This document shows, one piece after another, positions 40,625 through 50,797 of a stretch of DNA of 64,000 nt. A program made the translations under genes and the position numbers. How positions within the stretch are numbered: position 1 is the first letter of the stretch; every line of letters begins with the position of its first letter. The notes beneath the pieces were generated by a model. That model did no database searches. It saw only the letters and a list, made by a program, of their open reading frames with translations, and was not told where the DNA came from. This stretch comes from Candidatus Bathyarchaeota archaeon (GTDB taxonomy: Archaea; Thermoproteota; Bathyarchaeia; Bathyarchaeales; Bathycorpusculaceae). The DNA lies in the NCBI GenBank assembly GCA_963775685.1, contig CAVZJV010000014.1, positions 1,600,001 through 1,664,000 of the forward strand, in the 5' to 3' direction.

Positions 40625-41286
40625 AACTACAACTACTATACATTGATGAATTACGGGGCTTCTACAAGTCAAAAGTTATGCTTTTCCTCTGGATAGGCTT
40701 ACCCGTCGTTGCCCTATTATTCCGCTTTATCCAGTCCAGCATTACAGGACAAGATATATCCTTCACAGTTATTTCAGCGCTTTTAGTTTCAAGCCTTGCA
40801 GGAACTCTCGCTGCAGTTATGCTTACAGTGTCTATAATCAACGAGAAGAACCGACATGTTTACGAGTTGTTCTTGATTAGACCTCTAAAACGCAGAGACA
40901 TAATGCTTGCCAAATTTTTCTCAGTCTACAGTTGCGTTGCAGTTGCAAGCTTGATTGCAGTTTTGGTTGGTATAGTGGCAGACTTTTTTACTTCGGGTGC
41001 ACTTTCAGCAACAGTCGTCAAAGACACCGCTCAATCGCTCGCTATAAACCTGTCGATGGTTGCGGTCGCTTGCTCAGCGGGCGTTCTCATAGGCGTTGCT
41101 TCCCCCTCAGTGCTTGTCGGCGCCATACTAGTCATTTACGGAGGAAACCAAATCTCAGTGATCCCCCTCATTCCAACTCTGCTCAACCTACCTCAAGCAG
41201 ACCTATTCACGGTTGGCTTAGCAGCAGCAGTCACAATCGCTCTCCTAACCGGAGCTATCTTTTTGTTTGAAAGAAAACAATTCTAA
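40621..41286 (+). CDS. ABC-2 type permease
   Basis: Six TM segments, EK...YELFLIRPLKR..I.LAKF; ATGA overlap with the ATPase gene. Confidence 0.88.
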   Translation: MKLQLLYIDELRGFYKSKVMLFLWIGLPVVALLFRFIQSSITGQDISFTVISALLVSSLAGTLAAVMLTVSIINEKNRHVYELFLIRPLKRRDIMLAKFFSVYSCVAVASLIAVLVGIVADFFTSGALSATVVKDTAQSLAINLSMVAVACSAGVLIGVASPSVLVGAILVIYGGNQISVIPLIPTLLNLPQADLFTVGLAAAVTIALLTGAIFLFERKQF

Positions 41287-42491
41287 CCAGAAACTTTCTG
41301 GTCTTTCTTTCTTGATAACACAAAAACAAAGCTGGAAACTACTAAAAGAAAACTAAGGGAAAGAAATAACCCCTCGTATCGCAGGCTAGTTGCAAATATT
41401 AAGCCACTTATTATGGGTCCAATCGTTTGACCTAAATCCATCATAGTCGAAAGGAACCCCATTGAAGCACCCACCAAAGTGGCGGGAACCAAGTCGGCAA
41501 CCATCGGCGAAGTGGAAGAGAGCACAGCAGCAAAGGAAACCCCATATGCAGCCGCCAAAGTAAGCAGCAGTGAGAACTGCGTCGTAAAAGGAATTGCCGC
41601 AACCAAAAAGCAACCAGCTACCACACCTACGACGATGGGTTTAGTTCTTCCAATCCTATCTGAAACGCGCCCAATTAACGGTCGGGCAATCACAAGCGCC
41701 ACTATCTCGCTTCCGGTGATGATACCCACCGAAAAAAGATCCAAACCTACAACATCAGTTAAGTACCCTACCAGAAAGAACTCGACAGACCCAAAAACAA
41801 AGTATTGAACAGCTTGAACGAAGCTAACTCCTAAAACGCTGGTGTTTCTGACTATGGTAAGCCAGCCGCTGAACATTTTCCTAGATGACTTTTCGACATT
41901 TAAAACCACTTGTGCAGAAGGTCTGTTTTCCGCCAAGAACAACAAAGCAACCACAAAAGCAGTGATTCCAGCTATACCAACTGCAACATATAAAGTAAAG
42001 AAACTTTTAGCCGTTACAAATAGCAGGTAACCTCCTAAAAACGGCGCCAAAGCCCTACCTACAGCGGTTGCAGAATTAAAAAGCGAAATACGTTCTCCAC
42101 GCTTGGTCGGAAACAACATTGCTATTGAAGCTTCAGCCACAGGCATAAAAATTGCAGTTGCAAAGCCATGGTAGAAACGCACCAGAGCCAGCGTCCACCA
42201 AGAATTAACCCCCAAATACAAGAAGGGAGCAGAAGCAAAAACAAAGGCAGCAAACAAAAGGAGTTTACGTCTACCAAATACGTCGGAGAGCGAAGCTGCG
42301 GGCAAACTGATGAGTATGCCCGGGATAGTTGACGCGGAAGCCACGATACCAAGCAAGTCGTCAGGGGTTCCCAAACTGGTTGCGAAGGGTTTTAAAACAG
42401 GGTTTTTGGACATAGTTGAGCTAAGAATTGCAAAAAAGCCCATCACACATATTACTAAAAAGAACGCCTGTACCCATTTAGATCTATGCAT
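41283..42491 (-). CDS. MFS transporter
   Basis: SLSDVFGRRK and GRVSDRIGR motif A; about 12 TM helices. Confidence 0.92.
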   Translation of the reverse strand: MHRSKWVQAFFLVICVMGFFAILSSTMSKNPVLKPFATSLGTPDDLLGIVASASTIPGILISLPAASLSDVFGRRKLLLFAAFVFASAPFLYLGVNSWWTLALVRFYHGFATAIFMPVAEASIAMLFPTKRGERISLFNSATAVGRALAPFLGGYLLFVTAKSFFTLYVAVGIAGITAFVVALLFLAENRPSAQVVLNVEKSSRKMFSGWLTIVRNTSVLGVSFVQAVQYFVFGSVEFFLVGYLTDVVGLDLFSVGIITGSEIVALVIARPLIGRVSDRIGRTKPIVVGVVAGCFLVAAIPFTTQFSLLLTLAAAYGVSFAAVLSSTSPMVADLVPATLVGASMGFLSTMMDLGQTIGPIISGLIFATSLRYEGLFLSLSFLLVVSSFVFVLSRKKDQKVSG

Positions 42492-42611
42492 GCCTTATCC
42501 AAGAGAAAACTCAAACAAGCCCTATTTTTTGTTTGCCGTACCAGAAAAGAATGCGGGTTTATTTAATAGTATTTCATTCTCTTTTAGAGTTAAACTGCTG
42601 AAGGCAATATA

Positions 42612-43313
42612 TTGAACATTTTTACAAAAATTCGGCAAAACGATTATTTCAAGTCGGCGGTTGTTATCGGGATAATTATTGCTTTGGTTTTAGGGTTTTT
42701 CTTCGGTTTACAGTTGGCTCTTGGTACAGACGTTCCTGTAAGGGTTGTGGAAAGCGGCAGCATGTGCGTGCCCTATGACGGCGCCTGCAACGGCTGGAGC
42801 CACCCATTCGACCACACCCTACATGTAGGAGACATAATAGTTATCCAAAAAGTAAACCCAGAAGACCTTAACAATGCGTACCCCAACAGCGACATCATCA
42901 TCTACAAAAACCCAACTGACCCAACATCCACACCTATTGTTCATCGAATAGTTGAAACCTACACAGTCAATGGCACCCTGTACTTCCAAACAAAAGGCGA
43001 CGGCAACAGCGCCATCAAATGGCCCAACGTACCTTCACCTCAAGAATACGATTCCCGCACACTCTGGAGCAGCGGACAGGGCGTTTCACAAGAACTTGTG
43101 ATAGGCAAAGTTGTTATGCGTATTCCATACTTCGGATTGATTACTCTTTTTCTGAGAAACAACCCATGGGGGTTACCTTTGATTATTGGCCTTATAATAG
43201 CACTTGTGGTTCTTGAGTTCATAATTCCGATACTCAGGGGCAAAGAAGGTAAAGAAGGAGAAATAAAAGAGAATAAAGATGAAGCTCAAAACCCCATCAC
43301 CCAGAACAGTTAA
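42612..43313 (+). CDS. Signal peptidase I (archaeal/ER-type S26)
   Basis: VVESGSM, GDII, PIVHRIV, TKGDGN, IGKV..RIPY.G. Confidence 0.92.
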   Translation: MNIFTKIRQNDYFKSAVVIGIIIALVLGFFFGLQLALGTDVPVRVVESGSMCVPYDGACNGWSHPFDHTLHVGDIIVIQKVNPEDLNNAYPNSDIIIYKNPTDPTSTPIVHRIVETYTVNGTLYFQTKGDGNSAIKWPNVPSPQEYDSRTLWSSGQGVSQELVIGKVVMRIPYFGLITLFLRNNPWGLPLIIGLIIALVVLEFIIPILRGKEGKEGEIKENKDEAQNPITQNS

Positions 43314-43440
43314 CAAAGTATAATTTTGAGTCGGCAAAAACAGGTTGCCCTGATCATCTAACTTCCAAAATGGGTTGTAAGCAACCTCAATCAAGTGCCC
43401 ATCTGGATCTTTAAAGTAGCCGCTGTATCCGCCCCAAAGC
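43310..43440 (-). pseudogene. C-terminal remnant of a VOC/glyoxalase-family gene
   Basis: WGGYSGYFKDPDGHLIEVAYNPFW, with no N-terminal part present. Confidence 0.75.
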
Positions 43441-43548
43441 AAACACAACTATGATTATTTTGGGAGTTTTCCTCATCTTCCCCACTTGGTTGCCAATGCA
43501 GAGCTAAAAGAATAAAAATTATTCGTTAAAATAAATAGAAACCCTCTG

Positions 43549-44109
43549 CTACTGTTGCCGTGCCTTAACCACCAGCTCTTTTGTCCATCCATGAATTTCT
43601 TCCCAATCCCGCAAGTCATAAACGCCCGAGTGTGACTCCTTGAAGCCATCCTTTTCCAGCTGTAGCCTGATAAAACCGAAGGTTCTGCGGAAAATGAAAT
43701 TCATCTTGTTGAAATCCAAAACGCCGCCGAAAAAGCCAACGGCAATTGGGTGCAAACTGTATTTTGAAATAACATCTTCAAGGCTAATTTTGCGCGCTTT
43801 CTCCAAATCGTCGGTTTTTTCTTCTCGTTCAGAAACTGACTTCATCGTAGAAACAAAAATCGCAAGCTTCTTTTGGGCAAGCTCTTTTTGGAATCGCTTC
43901 AAGAAATCTTTAGCTTCACCGGTCCATTTACCTATTTGCATCCCGCTGCCAACTATAACGAGCTGATATGGAGAAATATCTTTAATTTTCTCAACTTTAG
44001 CATTTGCCAATTTAACGTCAAAGCCCCGTGACTGAAGCAGCTTTGCAACTTCCCCTGCTGTACTTGAGGTTGCGCCGTATCTAGTGCCATAGACAAGTAA
44101 AGTCTTCAT
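43549..44109 (-). CDS. Flavodoxin-domain protein (HemG-like)
   Basis: LLVYGTRYGAT, VIVGSG...GKW, FGG, DLRDWEEI..W. Confidence 0.88.
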   Translation of the reverse strand: MKTLLVYGTRYGATSSTAGEVAKLLQSRGFDVKLANAKVEKIKDISPYQLVIVGSGMQIGKWTGEAKDFLKRFQKELAQKKLAIFVSTMKSVSEREEKTDDLEKARKISLEDVISKYSLHPIAVGFFGGVLDFNKMNFIFRRTFGFIRLQLEKDGFKESHSGVYDLRDWEEIHGWTKELVVKARQQ

Positions 44110-44144
44110 CCTATTTCACCTCCTTTAATAATTTAGTTTAAAGG

Positions 44145-44594
44145 CTACTTGAGGCTTAACGCGAAAGCTTCTGCTTGCTTTAAGTCATTTTCGTCGGGAT
44201 GCCCCTTTTGTATGCCTCCAAAAATTTTGAGAGCCCCATAAGTGTCAAATCCTGCACAATTAAATTCCCCCACAATGTTGAAGCCTTTTGATTGGAGTAC
44301 TTCTCGGAGTTTCTTGTGGAATTTAGGTCCCTTGTTTGTTTGACCGCTGGTGGAGAAAATAAAGACTTTTTTCTGATTTACCGCAGGCAGTTTATCGGCT
44401 AAGTCGAGCAACATTTTATAGTGATGCCCAAATGAAATCCCAGAGCCAAACCCGACAAGGTCAAACTCGGAGAGCGCATTTAGATCAACTTCGGTTGGCG
44501 CTTTAATTTCAGCTTGAAGAGTCTTGGCAATAACTGAAGCGATTTTCAAAGTATTTTTGTGGTGATAAGAAAAACAAATTATTAGCGTTTTCAT
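44145..44594 (-). CDS. Flavodoxin family protein
   Basis: SYHHKNTLKIA, GFGSGI, FSTSG, EFNCAGFDT.G, KGHPDE.DL..A..FA. Confidence 0.88.
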   Translation of the reverse strand: MKTLIICFSYHHKNTLKIASVIAKTLQAEIKAPTEVDLNALSEFDLVGFGSGISFGHHYKMLLDLADKLPAVNQKKVFIFSTSGQTNKGPKFHKKLREVLQSKGFNIVGEFNCAGFDTYGALKIFGGIQKGHPDENDLKQAEAFALSLK

Positions 44595-44712
44595 AAGGTT
44601 TGCCTCAATTGTGTTTGAAGCGGTTAAGCACTTATGTTTTTTGGCTCTGTTCATTGATTGATCAGAAATCAATTTATATACTTAACTTGCTTAGTTTTTG
44701 TAGGGATAAATT

Positions 44713-45171
44713 TTGGCTTCTCAAAAACTCTTAGATTTTTTAAACAAGGGCATAGCCCGTGAACTCCAGGTCAGCATCCAATACATGTGGCAACATGTTC
44801 AAGTTACAGGCACCGACGGGGTTATTGTGGAGGACATTTTCCGCAAGACAGCCATCGCCGAAATGAAACATGCCGAACTCCTCGCCGAACGTCTAGACTA
44901 CCTCAACGGCGTAGCCACAACTAAACCTGACCCAATTTTCGTGCGCGGCAGCCTCATTGAAATGCTCAAACAAAATGAACAGGACGAAGAAAAAGCCATC
45001 ACCCTCTACAAACAGGCAATTCAAGTTGCGGCAGAAGAAGGCGACTACACCACTAGACGCTTACTGGAAGAAATTTTAGCGGACGAAGAAGACCACATCA
45101 ACACCTTCGGCAAACTCCTCGTCGGTATGACTGAACCGTTTACACAACCAGGAACCTCACAGATAGAATAA
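44713..45171 (+). CDS. Bacterioferritin/ferritin-like di-iron protein
   Basis: E..QY..QH, EMKHAE.L.ER, EE.AI.LY, DEEDH. Confidence 0.9.
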   Translation: MASQKLLDFLNKGIARELQVSIQYMWQHVQVTGTDGVIVEDIFRKTAIAEMKHAELLAERLDYLNGVATTKPDPIFVRGSLIEMLKQNEQDEEKAITLYKQAIQVAAEEGDYTTRRLLEEILADEEDHINTFGKLLVGMTEPFTQPGTSQIE

Positions 45172-45312
45172 CAAGCTTTGATACGTATCTTTACTTTCAA
45201 GTTGCTGTTAAACAGCTTTTGCTATAAAAGTTGAAGGAAGGTAGCAAAAAAAGACCTATCTTTTTACTATTAAGCACAAAAAGAGGAGACAGGTCCCCCA
45301 AAAGAGAACCGA

Positions 45313-46659
45313 TTAACGCATTTTCATTAAGACTAATTCGGCCGCGAGCACCATAGGCTCCCATGTTTCACAGAGCGGTGGCGCATAAGCCGTATCAGCT
45401 TTGGCGAGTTCACGCACCGTCATCCCTTTTTGGATGGCAAAACTGAGGCAGTTTATTCGCTGAGTAACTTCTTCGCCACCAACCACTTGTCCACCTACGA
45501 TGCGCTGAGATTCTTTTTCGACAACAAGCTTAACTTTGATGGGTTTCGCGCCTGGGAAGTAGTCTGCTTTGGTTTTGCTGCTTATGGCTCCAGTGACGAC
45601 TTCGATGCGATTGCGTGTTGCTGAGGTTTCAGTTAAGCCCGTGTTGCCAGCTTCAACATCAAAGAGCCTTGTTACTGCCGACGCCAAAACGCCGCTGAAC
45701 TGGCTGTAGTCGCCTCCAGCGTTTGCTCCTGCAACCTTGCCCTGCCTAACCGCGATGGTACCAAGCTGCGCACACATGGGTTTATGCGTAATAATGTTTG
45801 GTGCTTCTGCGCAGTCACCGACAGCGTAGACATCTTTAACATCGGTTTCCATTCTGCCGTTCGTCTTAATGGCGTGTGTTTCGCCAAGGGGTATGCCTGC
45901 ATCCACAGCAAGTTTAGTGTTCGCGCGTACTCCGAATGCGCTGATGAACAAGTCAGCTTCAATTTTTTCGCCTCCAGCCATTACCGCAGTAACTTTGTCT
46001 TCACCTAGGAATTCTTCAACCCCTTTGCTCGTAAGAATAGTCATTCCTTTTTCTTGCAGATGCTCCTGGACAAGCTTTGACATGTCCGCGTCAAGCAACT
46101 GAGGCAAAATCTGTGGCAGCATTTCAACAATTGTTACTCGTAAGCCTCTTTCTATTAAGCCGACTCCGACTTCTAAACCGATTAAGCCTGCACCCATGAT
46201 GACGGCGGATTTAGCTCCTGCCTTAACGGCTGCATCAATTCTTTCTCCATCTTCAATACCTCGGAGACTTAAGATGCCTGGTTTTTCTTTACCTTTAATG
46301 GGCGGCATAAAAGAGTATGCACCTGTGGCAATAACGAGACCGTCGTAGGGTAACACTTCGACTACGCCTTCTTTGGTATTGACAGTTACAGTTTTTTCTT
46401 TGGTGTTAATTGCGGTGGCATTGGTTTCTGTACGCAAAGTCAGCTTGAGCATCTGAAAGTATGCGGGTGGATAAACGATTAAATCATGAAAATTCGCTAT
46501 ATGCCCGCCTATAACAAAGGGCAACCCACATCGGGAGTAACCTGCATTCTTCTCGTTGGTTATGAGGGTGATTTCTGCAGTGCGATCCTTTTTGCGCGCA
46601 GCTGAGGCAGCTTCCACGCCTGCTGCGTTAGCGCCAATAACGATTACTCGTCGCGCCAT
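45313..46659 (-). CDS. FAD-dependent pyridine nucleotide-disulfide oxidoreductase (CoA-disulfide reductase/NADH oxidase type)
   Basis: GANAAG, single-Cys YSRCGLP, GAGLIGLE, YAVGDC, YAPP. Confidence 0.92.
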   Translation of the reverse strand: MARRVIVIGANAAGVEAASAARKKDRTAEITLITNEKNAGYSRCGLPFVIGGHIANFHDLIVYPPAYFQMLKLTLRTETNATAINTKEKTVTVNTKEGVVEVLPYDGLVIATGAYSFMPPIKGKEKPGILSLRGIEDGERIDAAVKAGAKSAVIMGAGLIGLEVGVGLIERGLRVTIVEMLPQILPQLLDADMSKLVQEHLQEKGMTILTSKGVEEFLGEDKVTAVMAGGEKIEADLFISAFGVRANTKLAVDAGIPLGETHAIKTNGRMETDVKDVYAVGDCAEAPNIITHKPMCAQLGTIAVRQGKVAGANAGGDYSQFSGVLASAVTRLFDVEAGNTGLTETSATRNRIEVVTGAISSKTKADYFPGAKPIKVKLVVEKESQRIVGGQVVGGEEVTQRINCLSFAIQKGMTVRELAKADTAYAPPLCETWEPMVLAAELVLMKMR

Positions 46660-46670
46660 TTCCTTGGCCT

Positions 46671-47087
46671 CTACTTGGATTGGGCTTGGGCTTTATGCCA
46701 CTCAACGGCTTTGTCAAAATCCATCAGGTTGGCAAGTTCCGCTTGCAGGTTTGACGGTTTAACAACGATTAACCAACCTTTGCCGAAGGGATCTTCGTTT
46801 AGCGTTTCGGGTTTGGATTGGACTTCATCGTTGACTTCCTGGATATTTCCACTTATGGCTGCAACCAAATCAGAGACCGCTTTTACGGATTCAAGTGTCC
46901 CATAGGGCTCATCTTGTTTAACTTCTGTGCCAACGCTGGGCAACTCTGCATAGACGATTTCCCGAAGCGACTTTTGCGCGTAGTCAGTTATGCCCATGCG
47001 AACTTTGTCACCTTCGATTTTTATCCACTCAAAATCTTTTGAGAAATAGAGTCCTTCTGGAACTTCGTATGATTCAACTTTTACCAT
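46671..47087 (-). CDS. gcvH: Glycine cleavage system H (lipoyl-carrier) protein
   Basis: GITDYAQ..L.EIVY.ELP, lipoyl-Lys motif ESVKAVSD, NEDPFG.GW. Confidence 0.93.
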   Translation of the reverse strand: MVKVESYEVPEGLYFSKDFEWIKIEGDKVRMGITDYAQKSLREIVYAELPSVGTEVKQDEPYGTLESVKAVSDLVAAISGNIQEVNDEVQSKPETLNEDPFGKGWLIVVKPSNLQAELANLMDFDKAVEWHKAQAQSK

Positions 47088-47163
47088 GACATGAACCTTC
47101 TAAGTGTTGCTAAGTTACCAAATTAGCATCCAACATAAAAGGTTTAATGAAAATGAAATGGGT

Positions 47164-48261
47164 TTAGCGTTCGCGCTTGCCCGCTATCCAATCTTCCGTC
47201 CACTGCCGAGCTTGGGAGTCAGGGATTTGGATAGGAGGATGCTTAAACGCATATGATGGCATGCTCAAGAGTGCTCCTGCAATTTTACGATCTAACGCAA
47301 TTTTGGCTGCGCGGATAAGATCTATGACGACCCCTGCGCTGTTGGGCGAGTCTTCGACTTCAAGTTTGACGCTGATGTTTATAGGGCGGTCACCAAATTT
47401 TCTGCCTTTGAGTGATATGTAGCAGATTTTTTTATTGTTAAGGAAAGGCACGTAGTCGGAGGGCCCAATACGTGTAGGTAGTGCATAGGGGACAAGGCTT
47501 GTGACAGCCTCTGTTTTGCTTATGCGCTTAGATTTAAGGCGGGTCTCAACAGTCATGTTCTGGAAGTCCGTGTCCCCGCCAAGGTTAAGCTGGTAAGTTT
47601 CATCCACAATTACTCCCCGGTCAAGGCAAAGCCGCACTAGTTGGCGATGAAGTATAGTTGCGCCTACCTGACTTTTGATGTCGTCGCCTAAAACTGGCAA
47701 ACCCGCCTTCTCGAATTTAGCTGGCCACTCCTTTGTTGAATCGGAGCCAATAAATTCAGGCATACAGTTCACAAACGCACATCCCGCGTCGATCGCGCAT
47801 TGAGCATAATATCGGACGGCGTCGTGGCTGCCGACGGGTAAATAGTTGACGAGAACTTGGGTTTTTGTCTCTTTCAAGATTTTGACGACACTGTCTTTGC
47901 CGGTTTTCGCATCATCGTAGACGTTGAAGGTTTCCCGCATATGAGGTGCAACGCCGTCAAGAATTGGAGCTGGCGAAACCTTTACACCAAGATTGGGGAC
48001 GTCGGCGAATTTTTCGCAGCAGTTCGGCTTAACCCATATGGCTTCGGAGAGGTCTTTGCCGATTTTGTCTTTGTTTACTTCAAATGCCGCAATGAAGTGA
48101 ATGTCACGGATGTGATAGCCGCCATAGTTCACGTGCATAAGTCCCGGCACGGTTGTGTCTTCTTTTGCGTCTTGATAATACTGGGTTCCCTGAACTAGGG
48201 CTGATGCGCTGTTGCCAACGCCAACAAGTGCTACGCGAATTTCAGGCACAGAGATAACCAT
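47164..48261 (-). CDS. ino1: myo-inositol-1-phosphate synthase
   Basis: GVGNSASALVQG, NYLPVGS, GDDIKSQVGAT, QLNLGGDTDF, DSPNSAGV. Confidence 0.95.
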   Translation of the reverse strand: MVISVPEIRVALVGVGNSASALVQGTQYYQDAKEDTTVPGLMHVNYGGYHIRDIHFIAAFEVNKDKIGKDLSEAIWVKPNCCEKFADVPNLGVKVSPAPILDGVAPHMRETFNVYDDAKTGKDSVVKILKETKTQVLVNYLPVGSHDAVRYYAQCAIDAGCAFVNCMPEFIGSDSTKEWPAKFEKAGLPVLGDDIKSQVGATILHRQLVRLCLDRGVIVDETYQLNLGGDTDFQNMTVETRLKSKRISKTEAVTSLVPYALPTRIGPSDYVPFLNNKKICYISLKGRKFGDRPINISVKLEVEDSPNSAGVVIDLIRAAKIALDRKIAGALLSMPSYAFKHPPIQIPDSQARQWTEDWIAGKRER

Positions 48262-48490
48262 CCAAACAGGTGATTTAGTTATGGCTAATGTCCACGTACG
48301 CTATAACTTTTTCTAAAGAAAACGTAACGTCATCGCAAAAAATGACCAGCATCCTTTTTGGTGCCATCCCCTTTGAAACTAGCACATTTTTCAAACGACA
48401 GAAATCCCAATATAAACATACACTCTTAGGTTATTGGCAAAATTATAAAGGGAACGGCAAATACAATTACTTAGCTATCGGTGAAATGTT

Positions 48491-48853
48491 ATGAGCGTTA
48501 CTGTTACTTATGAACCATTCCAAGAAATTGTGATTATGGAGAAAACCCGTTTTAACAGCCCCGAAGAACTCGCAAGGTTTACTTCGGTTATTGCTGGGGG
48601 CAAGTTGGCTGGGGTGTACTGGGTTGAAGGAGTGGTTTTCTTGTATTTTCCGCTTACAGCTTCGACAGCTATCGTTGCCAAGGAGTTGCTTGAGAAGCAC
48701 AAGGTCTACTGGACATTTGTCGGGTATGCCATTATGCCAAAGTACATGCAGATAATTGAGACTAAAGAAAAGATGATTGTGCCAGTCGTTGAGATAACAT
48801 CGGATCCGGTTTTGAAGTCTGTTGCTAATTGGCTAAAAGAACTAAAAGAGTAA
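48491..48853 (+). CDS. Conserved hypothetical protein
   Basis: Clean 120-aa ORF with GGTGA SD; collinear with the riboflavin kinase gene. Confidence 0.7.
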   Translation: MSVTVTYEPFQEIVIMEKTRFNSPEELARFTSVIAGGKLAGVYWVEGVVFLYFPLTASTAIVAKELLEKHKVYWTFVGYAIMPKYMQIIETKEKMIVPVVEITSDPVLKSVANWLKELKE

Positions 48854-48878
48854 GCCCCATTTTTGAGAGCGCTATGCT

Positions 48879-49265
48879 TTGCCTGAACTATTTTTTAGAG
48901 GCACTGTTTTTTCTGGTGAAGGCAGGGGCAAAAAATTCGTAGAGTTGTCCTGGTTTAAGCAACAGGTTGAGCAAAAGCTTGGTTTTTCTCCATACTCAGG
49001 AACCTTAAACCTGAGGTTACTTGGAAAAGAAAATGAGAAGCGAGGACTGCTAGAAACAACAGGAAGCTTGACGGTTGAACCGCAAACAGGCTACTACTCT
49101 GGATTACTCTTCAAGGCAACCATCGATGCTTTGGAATGTGCCGTGGTAATTCCGATTATGCCCAATTACCCAAACGACGTTTTAGAGGTCATTGCCCCTG
49201 TTTATTTGCGTGAGCACCTAAAGTTGGGGGACGGCAGCGTGGTATTGATTTCTGTCAGCGTTTAG
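48879..49265 (+). CDS. ribK: CTP-dependent riboflavin kinase
   Basis: G.VFSGEGRG..F, LGF.PY.GTLN, LEVIAPVYLR..L.L.DG. Confidence 0.9.
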   Translation: MPELFFRGTVFSGEGRGKKFVELSWFKQQVEQKLGFSPYSGTLNLRLLGKENEKRGLLETTGSLTVEPQTGYYSGLLFKATIDALECAVVIPIMPNYPNDVLEVIAPVYLREHLKLGDGSVVLISVSV

Positions 49266-50793
49266 GGCTGCAAGCTTTCTTGAATGCGTCCATGTATTGG
49301 TCTTCGCAGCCTGTTTTCTTAAGGTATGAACCATAAGTTACTAGGGCTTTCATAGCGCGTGCGGCATCCTCGGGCGATTCAAAAGAGGGCACACATAGCT
49401 TGTCGAAACGTGAGCGGGTGTAGAGAGCCATTTCAGTAGCACCAATGTCACACATTACTATTGGTTTAGTGTAGCTTGAGGCGACTTTTACTATGCCGTC
49501 AATGTAAACCTCTCGGAGCCCTGGCATGTGATGAAGCCCAAGCAGAATTATGCCAGAGATCTGTGGATCTTGGAACATCAGGTCAGCAGCCATAACAAAC
49601 ATGTCATCAGTCACGGAACCGGTGAGGTCCACGGGGTTTGATGTAGCTGCAATCTTTAGGATGATGTTTTGGTCTTTTAGTTCTTGGAATTTCTGCAGTG
49701 TCTCCTCGGAGAAACGATCCACCGTTAACCCTAAGGCTTCACATTCGTCCACAGTCATAACTCCCGGTCCACCTGCATCAGTTAAGATGCCGATGTTTTT
49801 GCCAATAGCTGGAGGCTGCATCGCTAAGGCTTTGCCGATGTCAAAGAACTCCTCCATGTCCCGTGCCCGAATGATTCCGCCCTGCAAAAATGCTGCATCA
49901 TAGATTTTATCCGAGCCCGCTATGGCACCTGTGTGGGAGGCTGCGGCTCTTGCACCTGCTGCGCTTCGGCCTGACTTGATGATTACAACGGGTTTCTTGC
50001 ATGTAACTTTCTTTGCAATCTTTAGGAATGCCCGTCCGTTCTTAACGTCTTCTAGATAGACAAGAATAACTCTGGTTTCTTTATCGTGGAGCAAGTAGTT
50101 GAGTATGTCGGATTCGGTGACGTCACATTTGTTTCCGAAACTCACGAATTTGCTAACGCCCATCTGGCGCCCAGTTAAATAGTCCAACGCTGCAACGCCA
50201 AAGGCTCCGCTTTGCGTAATCATCGCTATATTGCCCGGCAGAGGTCTTGGAGTCGCCACCACTTCTTCACCAGTAGTGAGAACTTTGGTTTCGGGCAGAA
50301 ACAAGGTGTCGATTCCCGTCTTTGAATAGTAAACGCCAAGGCAGTTAGGTCCCAAAACGAGTATGCCAGCCTTCGCTGCAATGGCAACTATTTGGTCTTC
50401 GAGCTCTTTGTTGCCAACTTCTTTAAAACCGGAGCTTATGATGATAGCAGTTTTGACCTTTTTAGATGCAGCTTCTTCCATGACGGAGGGAACAACGGCA
50501 GCTGGGACTATAACTACGATTAGTTCAATCTCTCCTGGAACTTTGGATAGACTTTTGTAGCATTTGAAGCCTAAAATCGAGTCTTCGCCCGGGTTGACGG
50601 GGTAGAGTTCGCCTTTGAAGACGCCGTGTTCCTTGTTGGTGGCGAAATTCTTGAAGATTACGTGACCTGCCTTGTCAACTTTTTTTGTTGCGCCCACTAC
50701 TGCGACTGAGTGTGGGTTAAAGAATGCATCCATCTTCTGAAGTGTTTCTTCCATATTATATCCCGTCTTTCCGCTAAGTGCTTCCAAGACCAA
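49255..50793 (-). CDS. acdA: ADP-forming acyl-CoA synthetase alpha subunit (probable start 50754)
   Basis: FFNP.SVAVVGA, GPNCLG, QSGA, SFGNKCD, phospho-His motif ASHTGAIAG, NPVDLTG. Confidence 0.92.
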   Translation of the reverse strand: MVLEALSGKTGYNMEETLQKMDAFFNPHSVAVVGATKKVDKAGHVIFKNFATNKEHGVFKGELYPVNPGEDSILGFKCYKSLSKVPGEIELIVVIVPAAVVPSVMEEAASKKVKTAIIISSGFKEVGNKELEDQIVAIAAKAGILVLGPNCLGVYYSKTGIDTLFLPETKVLTTGEEVVATPRPLPGNIAMITQSGAFGVAALDYLTGRQMGVSKFVSFGNKCDVTESDILNYLLHDKETRVILVYLEDVKNGRAFLKIAKKVTCKKPVVIIKSGRSAAGARAAASHTGAIAGSDKIYDAAFLQGGIIRARDMEEFFDIGKALAMQPPAIGKNIGILTDAGGPGVMTVDECEALGLTVDRFSEETLQKFQELKDQNIILKIAATSNPVDLTGSVTDDMFVMAADLMFQDPQISGIILLGLHHMPGLREVYIDGIVKVASSYTKPIVMCDIGATEMALYTRSRFDKLCVPSFESPEDAARAMKALVTYGSYLKKTGCEDQYMDAFKKACSPKR

Positions 50794-50797
50794 GTTT

